This document shows positions 9,398 to 19,598 of a DNA stretch of 64,000 bases, in pieces (positions within the stretch are counted from its first letter, which is position 1; every line of letters begins with the position of its first letter). The notes below the pieces were generated by a model, which saw only the letters and a list, made by a program, of their open reading frames with translations, did no database searches and had not been told where the DNA came from. The stretch is from Patescibacteria group bacterium (GTDB lineage Bacteria; Patescibacteriota; Patescibacteriia; JAHIZJ01): NCBI GenBank assembly GCA_028714495.1, contig JAQTMH010000004.1, forward strand, positions 232 through 64,231, in the 5' to 3' direction. A program made the position numbers and the translations under genes.

Positions 9398-10651
9398 TTA
9401 TTGTTTTTTAATAATAGTTGAGTCAAGCTGGCCACGTTTCAATTTAGTCACGATTGTGTCGTTTATCTCAACCTGTCCAGTCGAGGTAACGGCTTTGCCA
9501 GCAGAAGTCAGAGTAATGCTATAGCCGCGGGCCAGGACATTTTCCGGGCTGAAGGAACGCAGGAGGTTTTTGAGGTGGGAGAGTTTCTCCCGGGCTTGAA
9601 TAAAATTGGCGTTTAGGCTGACGCCTAGGCGGCTTGTCCGCTCGCTGATGTCTTTTCGGAAATAAACCAGTCGCTGATCAAAGAGCCAGAAGTGCCGCTG
9701 GAATTTTCCCATAAGTTCGTGCCAATATCGGATTTTATCACGGAAGACCGAGTCAATTCGCCTGACCGAATCGTTGATTTCCTGATGGTAAGTTTCGATT
9801 TTGCCGGTTACCTCATTTTCCATGTCTCTGACCAAGGTATTGATTTGATAGAGTATTTCCCGGCGGTCAGGTACCACCCGTTCAGCCGCGTTTGAAGGGG
9901 TTGAAGCCCGGATATCAGCCACGAGGTCGGCGATGGTGATATCGCGTTCATGGCCAACGCCGCAGACCACAGGGACCTTCGAGCTGAAAATAGCCCGGGC
10001 CACCTCTTCGGAATTGAAGGCTTGGAGATCTTCAAGCGAGCCGCCGCCGCGAGTGAGGATGATGACAGATGGCTTAATAATCTCGTTCTGATATTTCAAA
10101 GCACCGACAATCTGACTGATCGCCTCGACTCCTTGAACATTAACGGGAGTCAAGATGATTTCCAAGCCGCCCCAGCGATTCTGTAATATTTTATTTACAT
10201 CATGATAGGCGTCAGCATCGGGTGAAGAGACTATGCCAATTTTTGAAGGAAAACGAGGAATAGATCTTTTTCGCTCTAAGTCGAATAACCCCTCTTTTTC
10301 TAATTGCTTTTTTAATAACTCGAAAGCTCGTTGAAGAGCCCCTTCACCAACAGGCTCAATCAATTCAACGGTTAAATTAAACGTGCCCTTTCTAGGAAAA
10401 ACCGTTGGATAACCCGTTACTTTTACCTCCATTCCGTCCTCAACTGGAATTTGCAGTTTATATTTCATCATAAAACAGTTGACAATAGATGTTTCATCTT
10501 TTAAACCAAACCATACAAATTTATCTTGTCTTATTTTGAAACCAAAAACTTCGCCCTGGACTGTCACCCGGCCGATGGCGGTTTGCAGGTGGATTTTTAC
10601 CAGCGATATAAATTCGCTGACGGTCAATGGTTTAGCCAGGGTTTTTTGCAT
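9398..10651 (-). CDS. xseA: Exodeoxyribonuclease VII large subunit
   Basis: N-terminal OB-fold. Catalytic region GIVSSPDADAYHD...ILTRGGGSLEDL...VGHERD. Confidence 0.85.
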   Translation of the reverse strand: MQKTLAKPLTVSEFISLVKIHLQTAIGRVTVQGEVFGFKIRQDKFVWFGLKDETSIVNCFMMKYKLQIPVEDGMEVKVTGYPTVFPRKGTFNLTVELIEPVGEGALQRAFELLKKQLEKEGLFDLERKRSIPRFPSKIGIVSSPDADAYHDVNKILQNRWGGLEIILTPVNVQGVEAISQIVGALKYQNEIIKPSVIILTRGGGSLEDLQAFNSEEVARAIFSSKVPVVCGVGHERDITIADLVADIRASTPSNAAERVVPDRREILYQINTLVRDMENEVTGKIETYHQEINDSVRRIDSVFRDKIRYWHELMGKFQRHFWLFDQRLVYFRKDISERTSRLGVSLNANFIQAREKLSHLKNLLRSFSPENVLARGYSITLTSAGKAVTSTGQVEINDTIVTKLKRGQLDSTIIKKQ

Positions 10652-10778
10652 GGCGCTCGATTAATTCTTTGATCAATCGTTCCTGCTCTACCAAATCATG
10701 AATCTCCCGGCGGATCCGGGCTTTTTCGCGGCGGAGATATTTTCTAATGCCTTTACTTAAACGTTTTCTTCTGGACAT
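10632..10778 (-). CDS. Small basic protein (48 aa), hypothetical
   Basis: MSRRKRLSKGIRKYLRREKARIRREI... A TATAAT-like box lies 7 nt upstream with no Shine-Dalgarno, so it may be leaderless. The call is doubtful. Confidence 0.25.
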   Translation of the reverse strand: MSRRKRLSKGIRKYLRREKARIRREIHDLVEQERLIKELIERHAKNPG

Positions 10779-10881
10779 AGGTGTATTATACCCGATTGAT
10801 TGGATAAAACAACGATAATCACGCAGGCGAGGATGATCATCCTCGCCCACTGGAAATAAGAGCACGGTTAACCAAACAATG

Positions 10882-11085
10882 TTACCTTTTTTCTACGGTA
10901 TAGGTTGAAGTGTTTTTGTTCCAGGTCAGCGTGTAATTGAGGAAGTTGTGCTCAAACTTGGCCGGACCATAGAGCCGAGCTTCGCGCAGAAGCACCTTGG
11001 CTTCCCCTGAATCAAGGTGGTCCAGGTAGGCCACGGCTTTATCATCGCCTTCAACGAGATAGCCGTTAATGCGGACTGAATACAT
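10882..11085 (-). CDS. Hypothetical small protein (67 aa)
   Basis: ORF only. Start chosen at MYSVRING. Confidence 0.25.
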   Translation of the reverse strand: MYSVRINGYLVEGDDKAVAYLDHLDSGEAKVLLREARLYGPAKFEHNFLNYTLTWNKNTSTYTVEKR

Positions 11086-11195
11086 AGTAAAAATGTTAAT
11101 GTTTACATTTATAAAATAGCATAAATATATAGAAAAACCAAAAAGAGCCACTCTCGGCTCTGATTGGTTTATTATTGCAGTAGTGGGTATCTATA

Positions 11196-12008
11196 TTAGA
11201 ATGCTTCGGTATCACCATTCCTCCAATCTTCTATCTTGTCAGAAGCTGGGCAAGTACCAAAGTTGAGATTACTGTAAGTCCATCGCCAGTCGAGTAGACT
11301 TCCGCAGTTTCTATCAGTCGGACTTCCGCAGGGACTCGGACAACTGGTAAATATTTTCGGATAGCCATAGGTGTAGCCCTCTAATACGTCCGCCAATCTA
11401 ACGGGCAGAGTAGAGAAATCACGATCGCCATTTTTCCATATCGCTGTAATTTTACTGGCATATTGACCATCGTTAAACTGGAGCGGGGGAGCAATCGTAA
11501 CGTTTTTATAGAAGAGACCGGTCATGGTCGCCTCGATTGTTAATTTATCTTGTATTAGCAAGCCCCAAGACAGACTAGTTAGCCAGTCAGGTATTCGGTG
11601 CGCGCCAGCGGAATCAATATAAAACCACTCATTTTTCGTGGTGCTGACGGTTTGGTTCTTGAAATGGGAGGAACCAATATTTTTATACCAGTCAGAAGCA
11701 ACGCTATTCAGCCATGAAACAAGCCTTTCTCTGGTGGTGTTGTGATCAACGTGAAATTGCAATTCATCGCAGCGGGCGTTTCGGCTCCAACGCTGGCGGT
11801 ACTCGTAATTTAGATAGTATGTGTTGTCTGGATTTAAGGTATAGACGTGAGTGGCGTCAGCTTCAGAGCGTAGATTAACCATAATACAGCCCCCGGCCAT
11901 ATATGGCTCCGGGAAGTGATATTTGTCTTGCCAGGTTGCGGCGTCAGTTTGCCATGCCAAAGTTAATCCAAAAAATAGGATAAGAGCTGGAATTAATACT
12001 TTTTTCAT
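11196..12008 (-). CDS. Secreted hypothetical protein, Cys-rich C-terminus
   Basis: Signal peptide MKKVLIPALILFFGLTLAWQTDA. Confidence 0.5.
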   Translation of the reverse strand: MKKVLIPALILFFGLTLAWQTDAATWQDKYHFPEPYMAGGCIMVNLRSEADATHVYTLNPDNTYYLNYEYRQRWSRNARCDELQFHVDHNTTRERLVSWLNSVASDWYKNIGSSHFKNQTVSTTKNEWFYIDSAGAHRIPDWLTSLSWGLLIQDKLTIEATMTGLFYKNVTIAPPLQFNDGQYASKITAIWKNGDRDFSTLPVRLADVLEGYTYGYPKIFTSCPSPCGSPTDRNCGSLLDWRWTYSNLNFGTCPASDKIEDWRNGDTEAF

Positions 12009-12101
12009 TTGCTGTCTCCTTGTTTAATTGCATATAAATATACCACCCACCCTAAAAAAAACAAATAAGCGCGAGTTTTCTGATTATTTTTTTAACAAGT
12101 C

Positions 12102-12398
12102 CTAATCAATTCCCCAGAAGTGTTTTTCGCCCAGCGGATCCGGACTCAAGATTCGGAAATGAAGAAAGTCGATTAAATCACTTAAGAACAAACCCGCGCC
12201 AAAGGCCAGCATCATTTTGCCAACCATCTTTTTTCTGAAAGTCAGGCCGAGAATAATCAGAAGCGCGCCATATATCCAATGGTGCGGTGCCCAGGTCGGA
12301 TTACCAGCCCAATCATTCAGCCAGACGTGGCTCCACCGACCGATGAGATAGCTGATAAAGGCGACGATAATTAAGGGTAAGGTTTTTTTGAAATTCAT
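12102..12398 (-). CDS. Small membrane protein, hypothetical
   Basis: Three predicted TM helices. Confidence 0.4.
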   Translation of the reverse strand: MNFKKTLPLIIVAFISYLIGRWSHVWLNDWAGNPTWAPHHWIYGALLIILGLTFRKKMVGKMMLAFGAGLFLSDLIDFLHFRILSPDPLGEKHFWGID

Positions 12399-12463
12399 GC
12401 GGACATCATTTATGGAAAAGTCTATGGAAGCCTGAAGGCTCCCGCTACAGAATTAAATAAGCT

Positions 12464-12549
12464 GGTGCGCCCGAGAGGGTTCGAATCCTGGATCAACTCA
12501 CTTCGTTCGTTGTCCGGGACGACGCCTGGATTTTCAGCTCCGTCCCGCC
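12464..12549 (-). other. tRNA-like element or degenerate tRNA, fold unresolved
   Basis: Carries a GGTTCGAATCC T-loop-like motif and a ...GCGCACCA 3' end on the minus strand. I could not build a canonical cloverleaf. The plus strand ends with a 35-nt GGGACG...CGTCCCGCCA mini-helix. Confidence 0.25.
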
Positions 12550-12554
12550 AAAAC

Positions 12555-12630
12555 TGGTGCCCCCATGAGGACTTGAACCTCAATCTCAGGCTCCGGAGGC
12601 CCGCGCTCTATCCAGTTGAGCTATGGGGAC
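12555..12630 (-). tRNA. tRNA-Arg (anticodon CCG), CCA encoded
   Basis: Cloverleaf folded by hand. Acceptor GUCCCCA/UGGGGGC (one G-U pair). Anticodon loop CUCCGGA. T-arm UGAGG-UUCAAGU-CCUCA. Confidence 0.75.
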
Positions 12631-12634
12631 AGGA

Positions 12635-13351
12635 TTAACTAGTTTGAGTTTTCAGGAATTTTGAAACTTTGTCAATATCCTCAGGCTTGCCAAAATCGTA
12701 CCAATAATCTTTCAGTTCATAGACTTTCACCAAGCGCTGTTTGGCCAGACGGGTGATGACATCGGTGATTTCATATTCGCCGCGGGGCGAAAGCTCGATT
12801 TTTTTAACTTCATCAAAGTATCGCGGCGTAAATTTATAGAGGCCGGAGTTGATCAAATTTGTTATGGGTTTGGGAGATTTTTCTTTTATTTCTTTCAAAT
12901 AGCCGTCTGAGTCTGAAATTAAAACACCGTATTTTGTCGGATCCTCGTGGTGATAGCCAGCGACATAGTTCAGCTGATCGTCTTGACTGATCGCTTTTAT
13001 ATCCTCAATTGAATAAAGATTGTCGCCGTTCACCGCGATAAAGTTTTCACCGCTAACTTCTGGTTCAGCCGCTTCGACTGGACAGGCTGAGCCATACTTA
13101 CCATTTACCCGCTCGGTCTGATCGATTATATTTATTTTAAAATCCAGAGTTTCTTGGAAATTATCCCAGCGCTCCTTCTTGTATCCCACCATCAAAAATA
13201 TTTCAGTTAAGCCGGCCTTAAGAAGATTATTAAGCAGGTAATAAATAAATGGCCAGCCATTGACCGGAATCAAATGTTTGGGTCGGTCGGCGGTTAAATT
13301 TCCCATGCGGGTGCCTTTACCGCCGGCTAAGACAACAACCTTGCGTATCAT
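12635..13351 (-). CDS. Sugar-phosphate nucleotidyltransferase (NTP_transferase family)
   Basis: N-terminal VVVLAGGKGTRMG...PKHLIPV motif. Confidence 0.7.
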   Translation of the reverse strand: MIRKVVVLAGGKGTRMGNLTADRPKHLIPVNGWPFIYYLLNNLLKAGLTEIFLMVGYKKERWDNFQETLDFKINIIDQTERVNGKYGSACPVEAAEPEVSGENFIAVNGDNLYSIEDIKAISQDDQLNYVAGYHHEDPTKYGVLISDSDGYLKEIKEKSPKPITNLINSGLYKFTPRYFDEVKKIELSPRGEYEITDVITRLAKQRLVKVYELKDYWYDFGKPEDIDKVSKFLKTQTS

Positions 13352-13381
13352 TGGGTGATTGGTTAAGGGGAAGGGAATTAA

Positions 13382-14458
13382 CTAGGTGATTTTTTTAGCT
13401 AGGCCGTAAAAAATATACCAAAGAGAATGGTACACAATATCGGCCGTGCCCCAGTAACGGATGATTTTTCCGCCGAAGCCTTTTTTGAAGCGAGTCAGGC
13501 CGGCCCAAGGATGCTTTGGATCGTCAGTCGGAGCAATTCCCCAGAAATCATAATGGCTGGCCCCGGCCGCTTTCGCGTCCTTGATGGCCTGCCACTGGAG
13601 CAGGTAGGGAGCCATCAGGTTGCGGTCGTCATTGCTGGAAGCGCCGTGGAGATAGGTGACAGTATCGCCGAACCTGAGCATCAAATTCATGGCCAGGGTT
13701 TGGCCCTGATACTCGGCGCGGTAGATTTTTATCCGACATTTTTCTTTGGTATCCCACTCACCGCCGAAGGTTTCAACCATTGTCTGATAATATTTTTCCG
13801 AATGGGGTTTGAATTTGTCCCGCTGGGAAGTCTCTTGAATGAGTTTGCAGAAATCCGCCACGTCCTTGGCTGACCAGCCAGTCGTGATTTTGAGCCCTTT
13901 CTTTTCAGCCAGTCGGATGTTATAGCGGGTTTTCTGATGCATGGTGTTAATCAGCACTTCTTCGCTTTGATTGAGGTCGAGCATCAAGGTGGTGTCTGGC
14001 TGGATTGATTTATTCAGATATTCGACTGGAAACCGGCTGGAAAGAATTGACCGCAGATCGGCTTTTTCGGCCTGTGAGATGGCCGGATCAATGCGCAGGA
14101 AAAGCACTTTATCATTTCCAGCATATTTTTTCTTTAGCGATTTAACGATAGTCTGCCACATCTCGTTTTGGTCCGGAATAGGAACTTCAAGGTAAACCAG
14201 CGGACCGCGCGGACTATAATAATACGAAAAGCCGGCTCGCAGGGGCATCTTGATCAGGAGCAGAGAGGCCAGGATCGCTTCCTGAGTCGGAGCTTCCGGC
14301 GGGGCCACGTCTTCATCGACCACGATAAACCAATAAATATTCCGGCCCAGTTTTTTTTGGAATTCGCCCCAGTCGAGAGATTGTAAAAATTGATTTGGGC
14401 GTTGGGCCGAGATGAATTGGCTTAGGATTTTTAAGTCTGGGTTTTGGACTAAGATCAT
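13382..14458 (-). CDS. FemAB-family peptidoglycan peptide-bridge aminoacyltransferase
   Basis: C-terminal region YLHGASSNDDRNLMAPYLLQWQAIKDAKAAG...DFWGI is collinear with FemX/FemA. Confidence 0.65.
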   Translation of the reverse strand: MILVQNPDLKILSQFISAQRPNQFLQSLDWGEFQKKLGRNIYWFIVVDEDVAPPEAPTQEAILASLLLIKMPLRAGFSYYYSPRGPLVYLEVPIPDQNEMWQTIVKSLKKKYAGNDKVLFLRIDPAISQAEKADLRSILSSRFPVEYLNKSIQPDTTLMLDLNQSEEVLINTMHQKTRYNIRLAEKKGLKITTGWSAKDVADFCKLIQETSQRDKFKPHSEKYYQTMVETFGGEWDTKEKCRIKIYRAEYQGQTLAMNLMLRFGDTVTYLHGASSNDDRNLMAPYLLQWQAIKDAKAAGASHYDFWGIAPTDDPKHPWAGLTRFKKGFGGKIIRYWGTADIVYHSLWYIFYGLAKKIT

Positions 14459-14459
14459 A

Positions 14460-15032
14460 TTATTTGCGGCCGAGGATTCTCAAAGCAGCTTTGACCCGAG
14501 CTTGGGGGTCTTTAATTTCTTTCCCGATTTGGGTCAGGGCGTGGCGGGCTTCAACTCGCGTATAGCCGAGGTGAACCAGAGCTTCAAGAGCGTCGGCAAA
14601 ATCTTCATTGCCAGCCTCGCCGACAATTCCCAGTTTTTCGAGCTTCTCCCGCAGTTCAATAATTATCCGTTCCGCGGTTTTCCGGCCGATGCCTGAGACG
14701 CGGGTCAGAAGCGAAGAGTCGTTTTGAACAATCGCCAGCTGGATGTCACGCACCGGAGCGGTTGAGAGTATGCCGATGGCTGATTTTGGACCGACCCCTG
14801 ATATGGCGATCAGATGTTCGAAGAAACCCAACTCTTCGAGCGAGGCAAAGCCGTAAAGTTCTGAAGCGTTTTCAGTTTGGTGCAAATGGGTATGAAGCTC
14901 AAGATCTTTGCTAATGACGGCAGCTTCAATCACAGCGGGTAATACATGCACTCGATAACCAACGCCGTTGGCTATGAGCACAATATCCTTTTCCCGTTTC
15001 GTTTTAACCACGCCTTTTAAATAGGCAATCAT
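14460..15032 (-). CDS. ruvA: Holliday junction DNA helicase RuvA
   Basis: MIAYLKG...GVGYRV...ISGVGPKSAIGIL...VSGIGRKTAERI. Confidence 0.85.
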   Translation of the reverse strand: MIAYLKGVVKTKREKDIVLIANGVGYRVHVLPAVIEAAVISKDLELHTHLHQTENASELYGFASLEELGFFEHLIAISGVGPKSAIGILSTAPVRDIQLAIVQNDSSLLTRVSGIGRKTAERIIIELREKLEKLGIVGEAGNEDFADALEALVHLGYTRVEARHALTQIGKEIKDPQARVKAALRILGRK

Positions 15033-15188
15033 ATTTTTACTATACTCAAAAAGCGAAGAAATTACAAGGTTTGTTATGTGATTAAAAGCCTGGTATAGTG
15101 GTAGTTATGAAGTTCAAACTAGTTTCAAAATTCCCCGCACCAGAACTCCTTTTCAGTCGCTCGGTGCGGGGCAAGCAAATATAATAAT

Positions 15189-17162
15189 ATGCAACGGTTT
15201 AAACTAGTTTCAAAATTTAAACCAACCGGCGACCAGCCTCAAGCAATCGAGAAGCTTTTGACTGGGCTGAAAAAGGGACTCCGTGACCAAACGCTTCTGG
15301 GAGTGACTGGCTCAGGCAAGACTTTTACCATGGCAAACGTGATTGCTAAAACCCAGAGGCCGACTCTGATTATTTCCCACAACAAGACCTTGGCCGCCCA
15401 GCTCGCCTCTGAGTTTCAGGAGTTTTTTCCGGACAATGCCGTGCACTATTTTGTCAGCTATTACGATTACTATCAGCCAGAGGCCTATCTTCCAACAACT
15501 GATACCTATATCGAAAAAGAGAGTGATATTAACGAAGAAATTGAACGTTTAAGGCACGCGGCCACAGCTGACCTGATGACCCGGTCAGATGTTATTATCG
15601 TGGCGTCAGTTTCCTGCATATACGGCTTGGGCTCGCCGGAAGATTACCGGGCGGTCAGCTTGCCCATAAAAAAGGGCGAGCGCCAAAAACGCGATAAGAT
15701 TTTAAAACGACTGACGGAATTGGCCTATGAGCGCAATGACCTGGATTTCTACCGCGGAAAATTCCGGGTCAAGGGCGACGTGCTGGATATTTTCCCCAGC
15801 TCCTCCAGCGACTTTGCCTATCGGATCGAATTTTACGGCGACGAGATTGAAAAGATTATTGAATTTGATCCACTAACCGGTGAAACCAGGGCGGCCTTAA
15901 AGGAAGTGATAATCTTTCCCGCCACTCACTATGTTTCATTGCCTGAAGAACTCGGCGGAGTGATCAAGGAAATAAAAAAAGACCTCAAGATTCGATTAGC
16001 CGAGCTAAACAAGATGGACAAGGTGCTGGAAGCTCAGCGTTTGTCTCAGCGGACGCGCTTTGACCTGGAAATGATGGAGCAAACCGGCTATTGCAACGGC
16101 ATCGAGAATTATTCGCGCTACTTTGACGGACGCCAAGCGGGCCAGCCAGCCTACACCTTGATTGATTATTTCCCGAAGAATTTTCTAATGTTCATCGATG
16201 AATCGCATATGACCATACCGCAGATCAACGGGATGTACCATGGCGATCGGTCACGCAAAGCGACTCTGATTGAATACGGATTCAGACTGCCCTCGGCTTT
16301 TGACAACCGGCCGCTCAAATTCCGAGAATTTGAAAGAAAGGTAAAACAGAGAATTTTCGTGTCAGCCACGCCGGCTGATTTCGAGCGCAAGGTAAGCCAG
16401 CAGACAGCCGAGCAATTGATTAGGCCGACCGGGCTGCTTGACCCTGACATTGAGGTCCGCCCGTCGAAAAATCAGATTGACGATTTAATTGCCGAGATCC
16501 AGAAGAGAGTGAAAAAGAAGCAGCGGGTGCTGGTAACAACCCTGACCAAGAGGATTTCCGAGGATTTAGCTGAGTACCTCAAGGAAATTGGCATTAAAGT
16601 CCACTATCTTCATTCGGAGATCGACACCTTTGAGCGCCTGGAGATTCTGCGCGACCTGCGGCTGGGCAAGTACGACTGCGTGGTTGGTATAAATCTCTTA
16701 CGCGAAGGCTTGGATTTGCCCGAAGTTTCGCTGGTGGTAATTCTCGACGCGGACAAAGAAGGCTATCTGCGTTCCACGACCGCTCTAATCCAAACCATGG
16801 GCCGGACTGCCCGCCACGAAGAGGGGCGTATAATTATGTACGCTGACCGTGAAACCAAGTCGATGCGCCAGGCAATCAGCGAGGTGCGCCGCCGCCGAAA
16901 GATTCAGCAAGCATATAATACCAGGCACGGCATCACGCCAATCGGCATCCATAAGGAAATAAAGGAAACCCGGCTCAGCGGAGCAAAGAAAGCCGAGAGA
17001 GTGGTCAGCGAATTGCCGCTTAAGCAGATTGTGGGGAAAAATTTCGATCATCTGATCCACGACCTTGAATCCAAGATGCAGCTGGCTGCCAAGAATCTGG
17101 AATTTGAGCAGGCTGCGACATACCGCGATCAGATTGCAGAGCTTCGAAGGCTAAAAAAGTAA
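15189..17162 (+). CDS. uvrB: Excinuclease ABC subunit B
   Basis: [17 protein letters not shown]...[12 protein letters not shown]...[13 protein letters not shown]. Full-length UvrB. Confidence 0.9.
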   Translation: MQRFKLVSKFKPTGDQPQAIEKLLTGLKKGLRDQTLLGVTGSGKTFTMANVIAKTQRPTLIISHNKTLAAQLASEFQEFFPDNAVHYFVSYYDYYQPEAYLPTTDTYIEKESDINEEIERLRHAATADLMTRSDVIIVASVSCIYGLGSPEDYRAVSLPIKKGERQKRDKILKRLTELAYERNDLDFYRGKFRVKGDVLDIFPSSSSDFAYRIEFYGDEIEKIIEFDPLTGETRAALKEVIIFPATHYVSLPEELGGVIKEIKKDLKIRLAELNKMDKVLEAQRLSQRTRFDLEMMEQTGYCNGIENYSRYFDGRQAGQPAYTLIDYFPKNFLMFIDESHMTIPQINGMYHGDRSRKATLIEYGFRLPSAFDNRPLKFREFERKVKQRIFVSATPADFERKVSQQTAEQLIRPTGLLDPDIEVRPSKNQIDDLIAEIQKRVKKKQRVLVTTLTKRISEDLAEYLKEIGIKVHYLHSEIDTFERLEILRDLRLGKYDCVVGINLLREGLDLPEVSLVVILDADKEGYLRSTTALIQTMGRTARHEEGRIIMYADRETKSMRQAISEVRRRRKIQQAYNTRHGITPIGIHKEIKETRLSGAKKAERVVSELPLKQIVGKNFDHLIHDLESKMQLAAKNLEFEQAATYRDQIAELRRLKK

Positions 17163-17174
17163 TTTGCTTATTAT

Positions 17175-17576
17175 ATGAAAACAGTTATGGTTTTCGGAAC
17201 CTTTGACAGCATTCATCCGGGCCATGAATTTTTACTTGCCGAAGCCAGGAAACATGGGGACTGGTTGGTAGTGGTAATCGCGAGAGATCAGACTGTAAAA
17301 AGGATAAAAGGCCGATTCCCGGTACATTCCGAAAGCGTGAGAAAACAGAAAATGGAAACTACTGGCCTGGCTGATCAGGTCGTGCTCGGATCGAAATCAA
17401 GCCCCTACACGATATTCAACACGATTAAGCCAGAGGTAATTTGTTTGGGGTATGACCAGGAGATGTTTATTGACGAATTGCCTAGAGCACTAGAACAGCG
17501 CGGGCTGAAGGCGGAAATAATCCGCCTGAACCCTTATAAGCCCGAGCAGTATAAATCGAGCCTGTTAAATAAATAA
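17175..17576 (+). CDS. Cytidylyltransferase-family nucleotidyltransferase (TagD/HldE-domain-II-like, HxGH)
   Basis: VMVFGTFDSIHPGHEFLL closely matches the GTFDLLHxGH motif of glycerol-3-phosphate cytidylyltransferase. Confidence 0.65.
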   Translation: MKTVMVFGTFDSIHPGHEFLLAEARKHGDWLVVVIARDQTVKRIKGRFPVHSESVRKQKMETTGLADQVVLGSKSSPYTIFNTIKPEVICLGYDQEMFIDELPRALEQRGLKAEIIRLNPYKPEQYKSSLLNK

Positions 17577-17615
17577 AAAAACTCCCTTCCTGAGAAGAGA
17601 GTTCGGCCGGACGGG

Positions 17616-19127
17616 TTAAACCATTCGACGGCCTTTGATTCTGACCGGATACTTGCCCGTGAAACAGGCGTAGCAAAACCGGTCGGGGTCTTGTTGTCTG
17701 AGCTGCTCTCGGATTCGGCCCAGATATGTATTGGGCTGAGCGCTAATGATTCGCCTGAGAAAGCCCTGATGTCTTGACAGCTCTTTCCTAATCAGCGGGC
17801 CAACGGCTATTTTGAGGCTATCCAGAGAAAGGTGAAACAGCGAGTCTGCTTCTGTTCTTTTGGTCAGCTGGCCGATGGTCAGCTGATTAGCGATCAGTTC
17901 CCCACGGGTCGGAGTAGCGATTCCCATGTAGCAGGGCCAGTAGATACGAGGCGAGCCAATGAGGACGTGAACAGCCTTGGCCCCAGCCCGAAGCAGCATC
18001 TTGACGATTTTAGAGATGGTGGTACTTCGGACAATGGAGTCGTCAACCAGAATGACAACCATACCTTCTAGATAGAAACGGTCGGGATTCAATTTATACT
18101 TCACGCCATCATCGCGTATGATTTGCTGACTCTCAATGAAAGTACGTCGAGAGGTGTGGCTGCGCATGAGAGCCTGACGGTAAGGGAGGCCGGTAACATC
18201 GGCTACGCCTCTGGCGATTTCATTTGCTGAATCAGGGACCGGTACCACGATAGCGTTTTTCCATCTTGGAAGACGCCTCTCATACGCTAACTGCCAGCCG
18301 ATACGGCGTCGTACCAAGCTGATTGGCAGACCGAAAACCAGGCTGTCGGGGCGGGCAAAATAGATGTCCTCGAAAACGCACTGATTGGTGGCAGTATGGC
18401 CTGGCTTGTGGACAGTGATCGAACCGTTGTTCACTTCCAGAATTTCTCCGGCCCGGACTTCCTGATAGGTGAGAGGATCGGCTCGGAGTACGTCGAAAGC
18501 GATAGTCTCCGAAGCGAAAGCGACACCACCACCCGGCATATTAGCCATGACCAGTGGACGGAATCCTTGATCATCACGAAAGACATACAGTTTTCGTTGG
18601 AAGATGGCCACCGCTGAATAGGCGCCTTTGGCCGTCTGAAGCACGGTTTCGATAGCCTTGACCATGTCGTTGGTACGGTCATAAACCGTAGCCAGCAGCC
18701 AGGCCAGAAGCTCCCCATCATTCATAGAGCGGAATTTGACGCCTTTTCTCTGAAGTCTGCGGCGCAGTTGCCCGAAGTTAACAAGATCACCGTTTGAAGC
18801 CAGATAGACATTACCACCACGACAGGTGGCTCGATGTGGTTGAAGATTGTTGATCGAAGGCTTACCTTGAGTGGCATACCGGTTGTGGCCGATGGCCAAG
18901 CTGCCATTTTGGCGTTCCAGCCATCGACCCGGGTAGACGTCGGCCACTAACCCCGGCCCTTTCTTGGTTTGCGTGCGGCTGTTTACTACCGTTATTCCCG
19001 AACCATCTTGTCCCCGATGCTGAAGGAGCCGAAGCCCGTCATAGACCGCATGAGCCGCGCCCCCCTTGGTTGGTGGGAGCGAAACAGCCATGATGGCGCA
19101 CTCTTCTTGCCAAATGTGTTCGCCCAT
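17616..19127 (-). CDS. purF: Amidophosphoribosyltransferase
   Basis: N-terminus EECAIMAV (Ntn-hydrolase Cys). RGQDGSGI. PRTase domain. C-terminus CYACFTGKYP. Start ambiguous between 19127 and 19178. Confidence 0.8.
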   Translation of the reverse strand: MGEHIWQEECAIMAVSLPPTKGGAAHAVYDGLRLLQHRGQDGSGITVVNSRTQTKKGPGLVADVYPGRWLERQNGSLAIGHNRYATQGKPSINNLQPHRATCRGGNVYLASNGDLVNFGQLRRRLQRKGVKFRSMNDGELLAWLLATVYDRTNDMVKAIETVLQTAKGAYSAVAIFQRKLYVFRDDQGFRPLVMANMPGGGVAFASETIAFDVLRADPLTYQEVRAGEILEVNNGSITVHKPGHTATNQCVFEDIYFARPDSLVFGLPISLVRRRIGWQLAYERRLPRWKNAIVVPVPDSANEIARGVADVTGLPYRQALMRSHTSRRTFIESQQIIRDDGVKYKLNPDRFYLEGMVVILVDDSIVRSTTISKIVKMLLRAGAKAVHVLIGSPRIYWPCYMGIATPTRGELIANQLTIGQLTKRTEADSLFHLSLDSLKIAVGPLIRKELSRHQGFLRRIISAQPNTYLGRIREQLRQQDPDRFCYACFTGKYPVRIKGRRMV

Positions 19128-19331
19128 TAGACCACCTCCCGTTTCTAGTAAGGGTGTTTGCTGAAATGAAAAGGACAAAGTCCCCCCGTTTGAGATTTTC
19201 AGGGAGAGCCAATCATTCTAACTCGGTTTATTTTAGACGTCAAACCATAAGGTATGAAGGAAAAACTTGCGTATTTTTCATAATGTGATACTATCTAGAA
19301 AGAATTTGAGCATTAACTAGCATTCGAAGAC

Positions 19332-19598
19332 ATGCCGATAAAAAACGCTTCCAAGAAAAGCCTCCGCCAAAGCTTGAAACGGCGGCAACGCAACCTGGCC
19401 ACTAAAGACGGGGTCAGGCAAAGCATCAAACTGGCTCGCCGGAGCATTAAAGAGGGAAATAAGGATAAAGCCGCCGAACTTGTAAAAAAGGCGATCTCGA
19501 CTATCGACAAGGCGGTAACCAACAAGGTTTTGAAAAAAAACACAGGCGCTCGTAAAAAGTCGCGTCTGGTAAAATATTTTAATAGTCTGAAAACCTAG
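19332..19598 (+). CDS. rpsT: 30S ribosomal protein S20
   Basis: Collinear with bS20 (KSLRQSLKRRQRN...KLARRSIKEG...KKNTGARKKSRL). Confidence 0.8.
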   Translation: MPIKNASKKSLRQSLKRRQRNLATKDGVRQSIKLARRSIKEGNKDKAAELVKKAISTIDKAVTNKVLKKNTGARKKSRLVKYFNSLKT

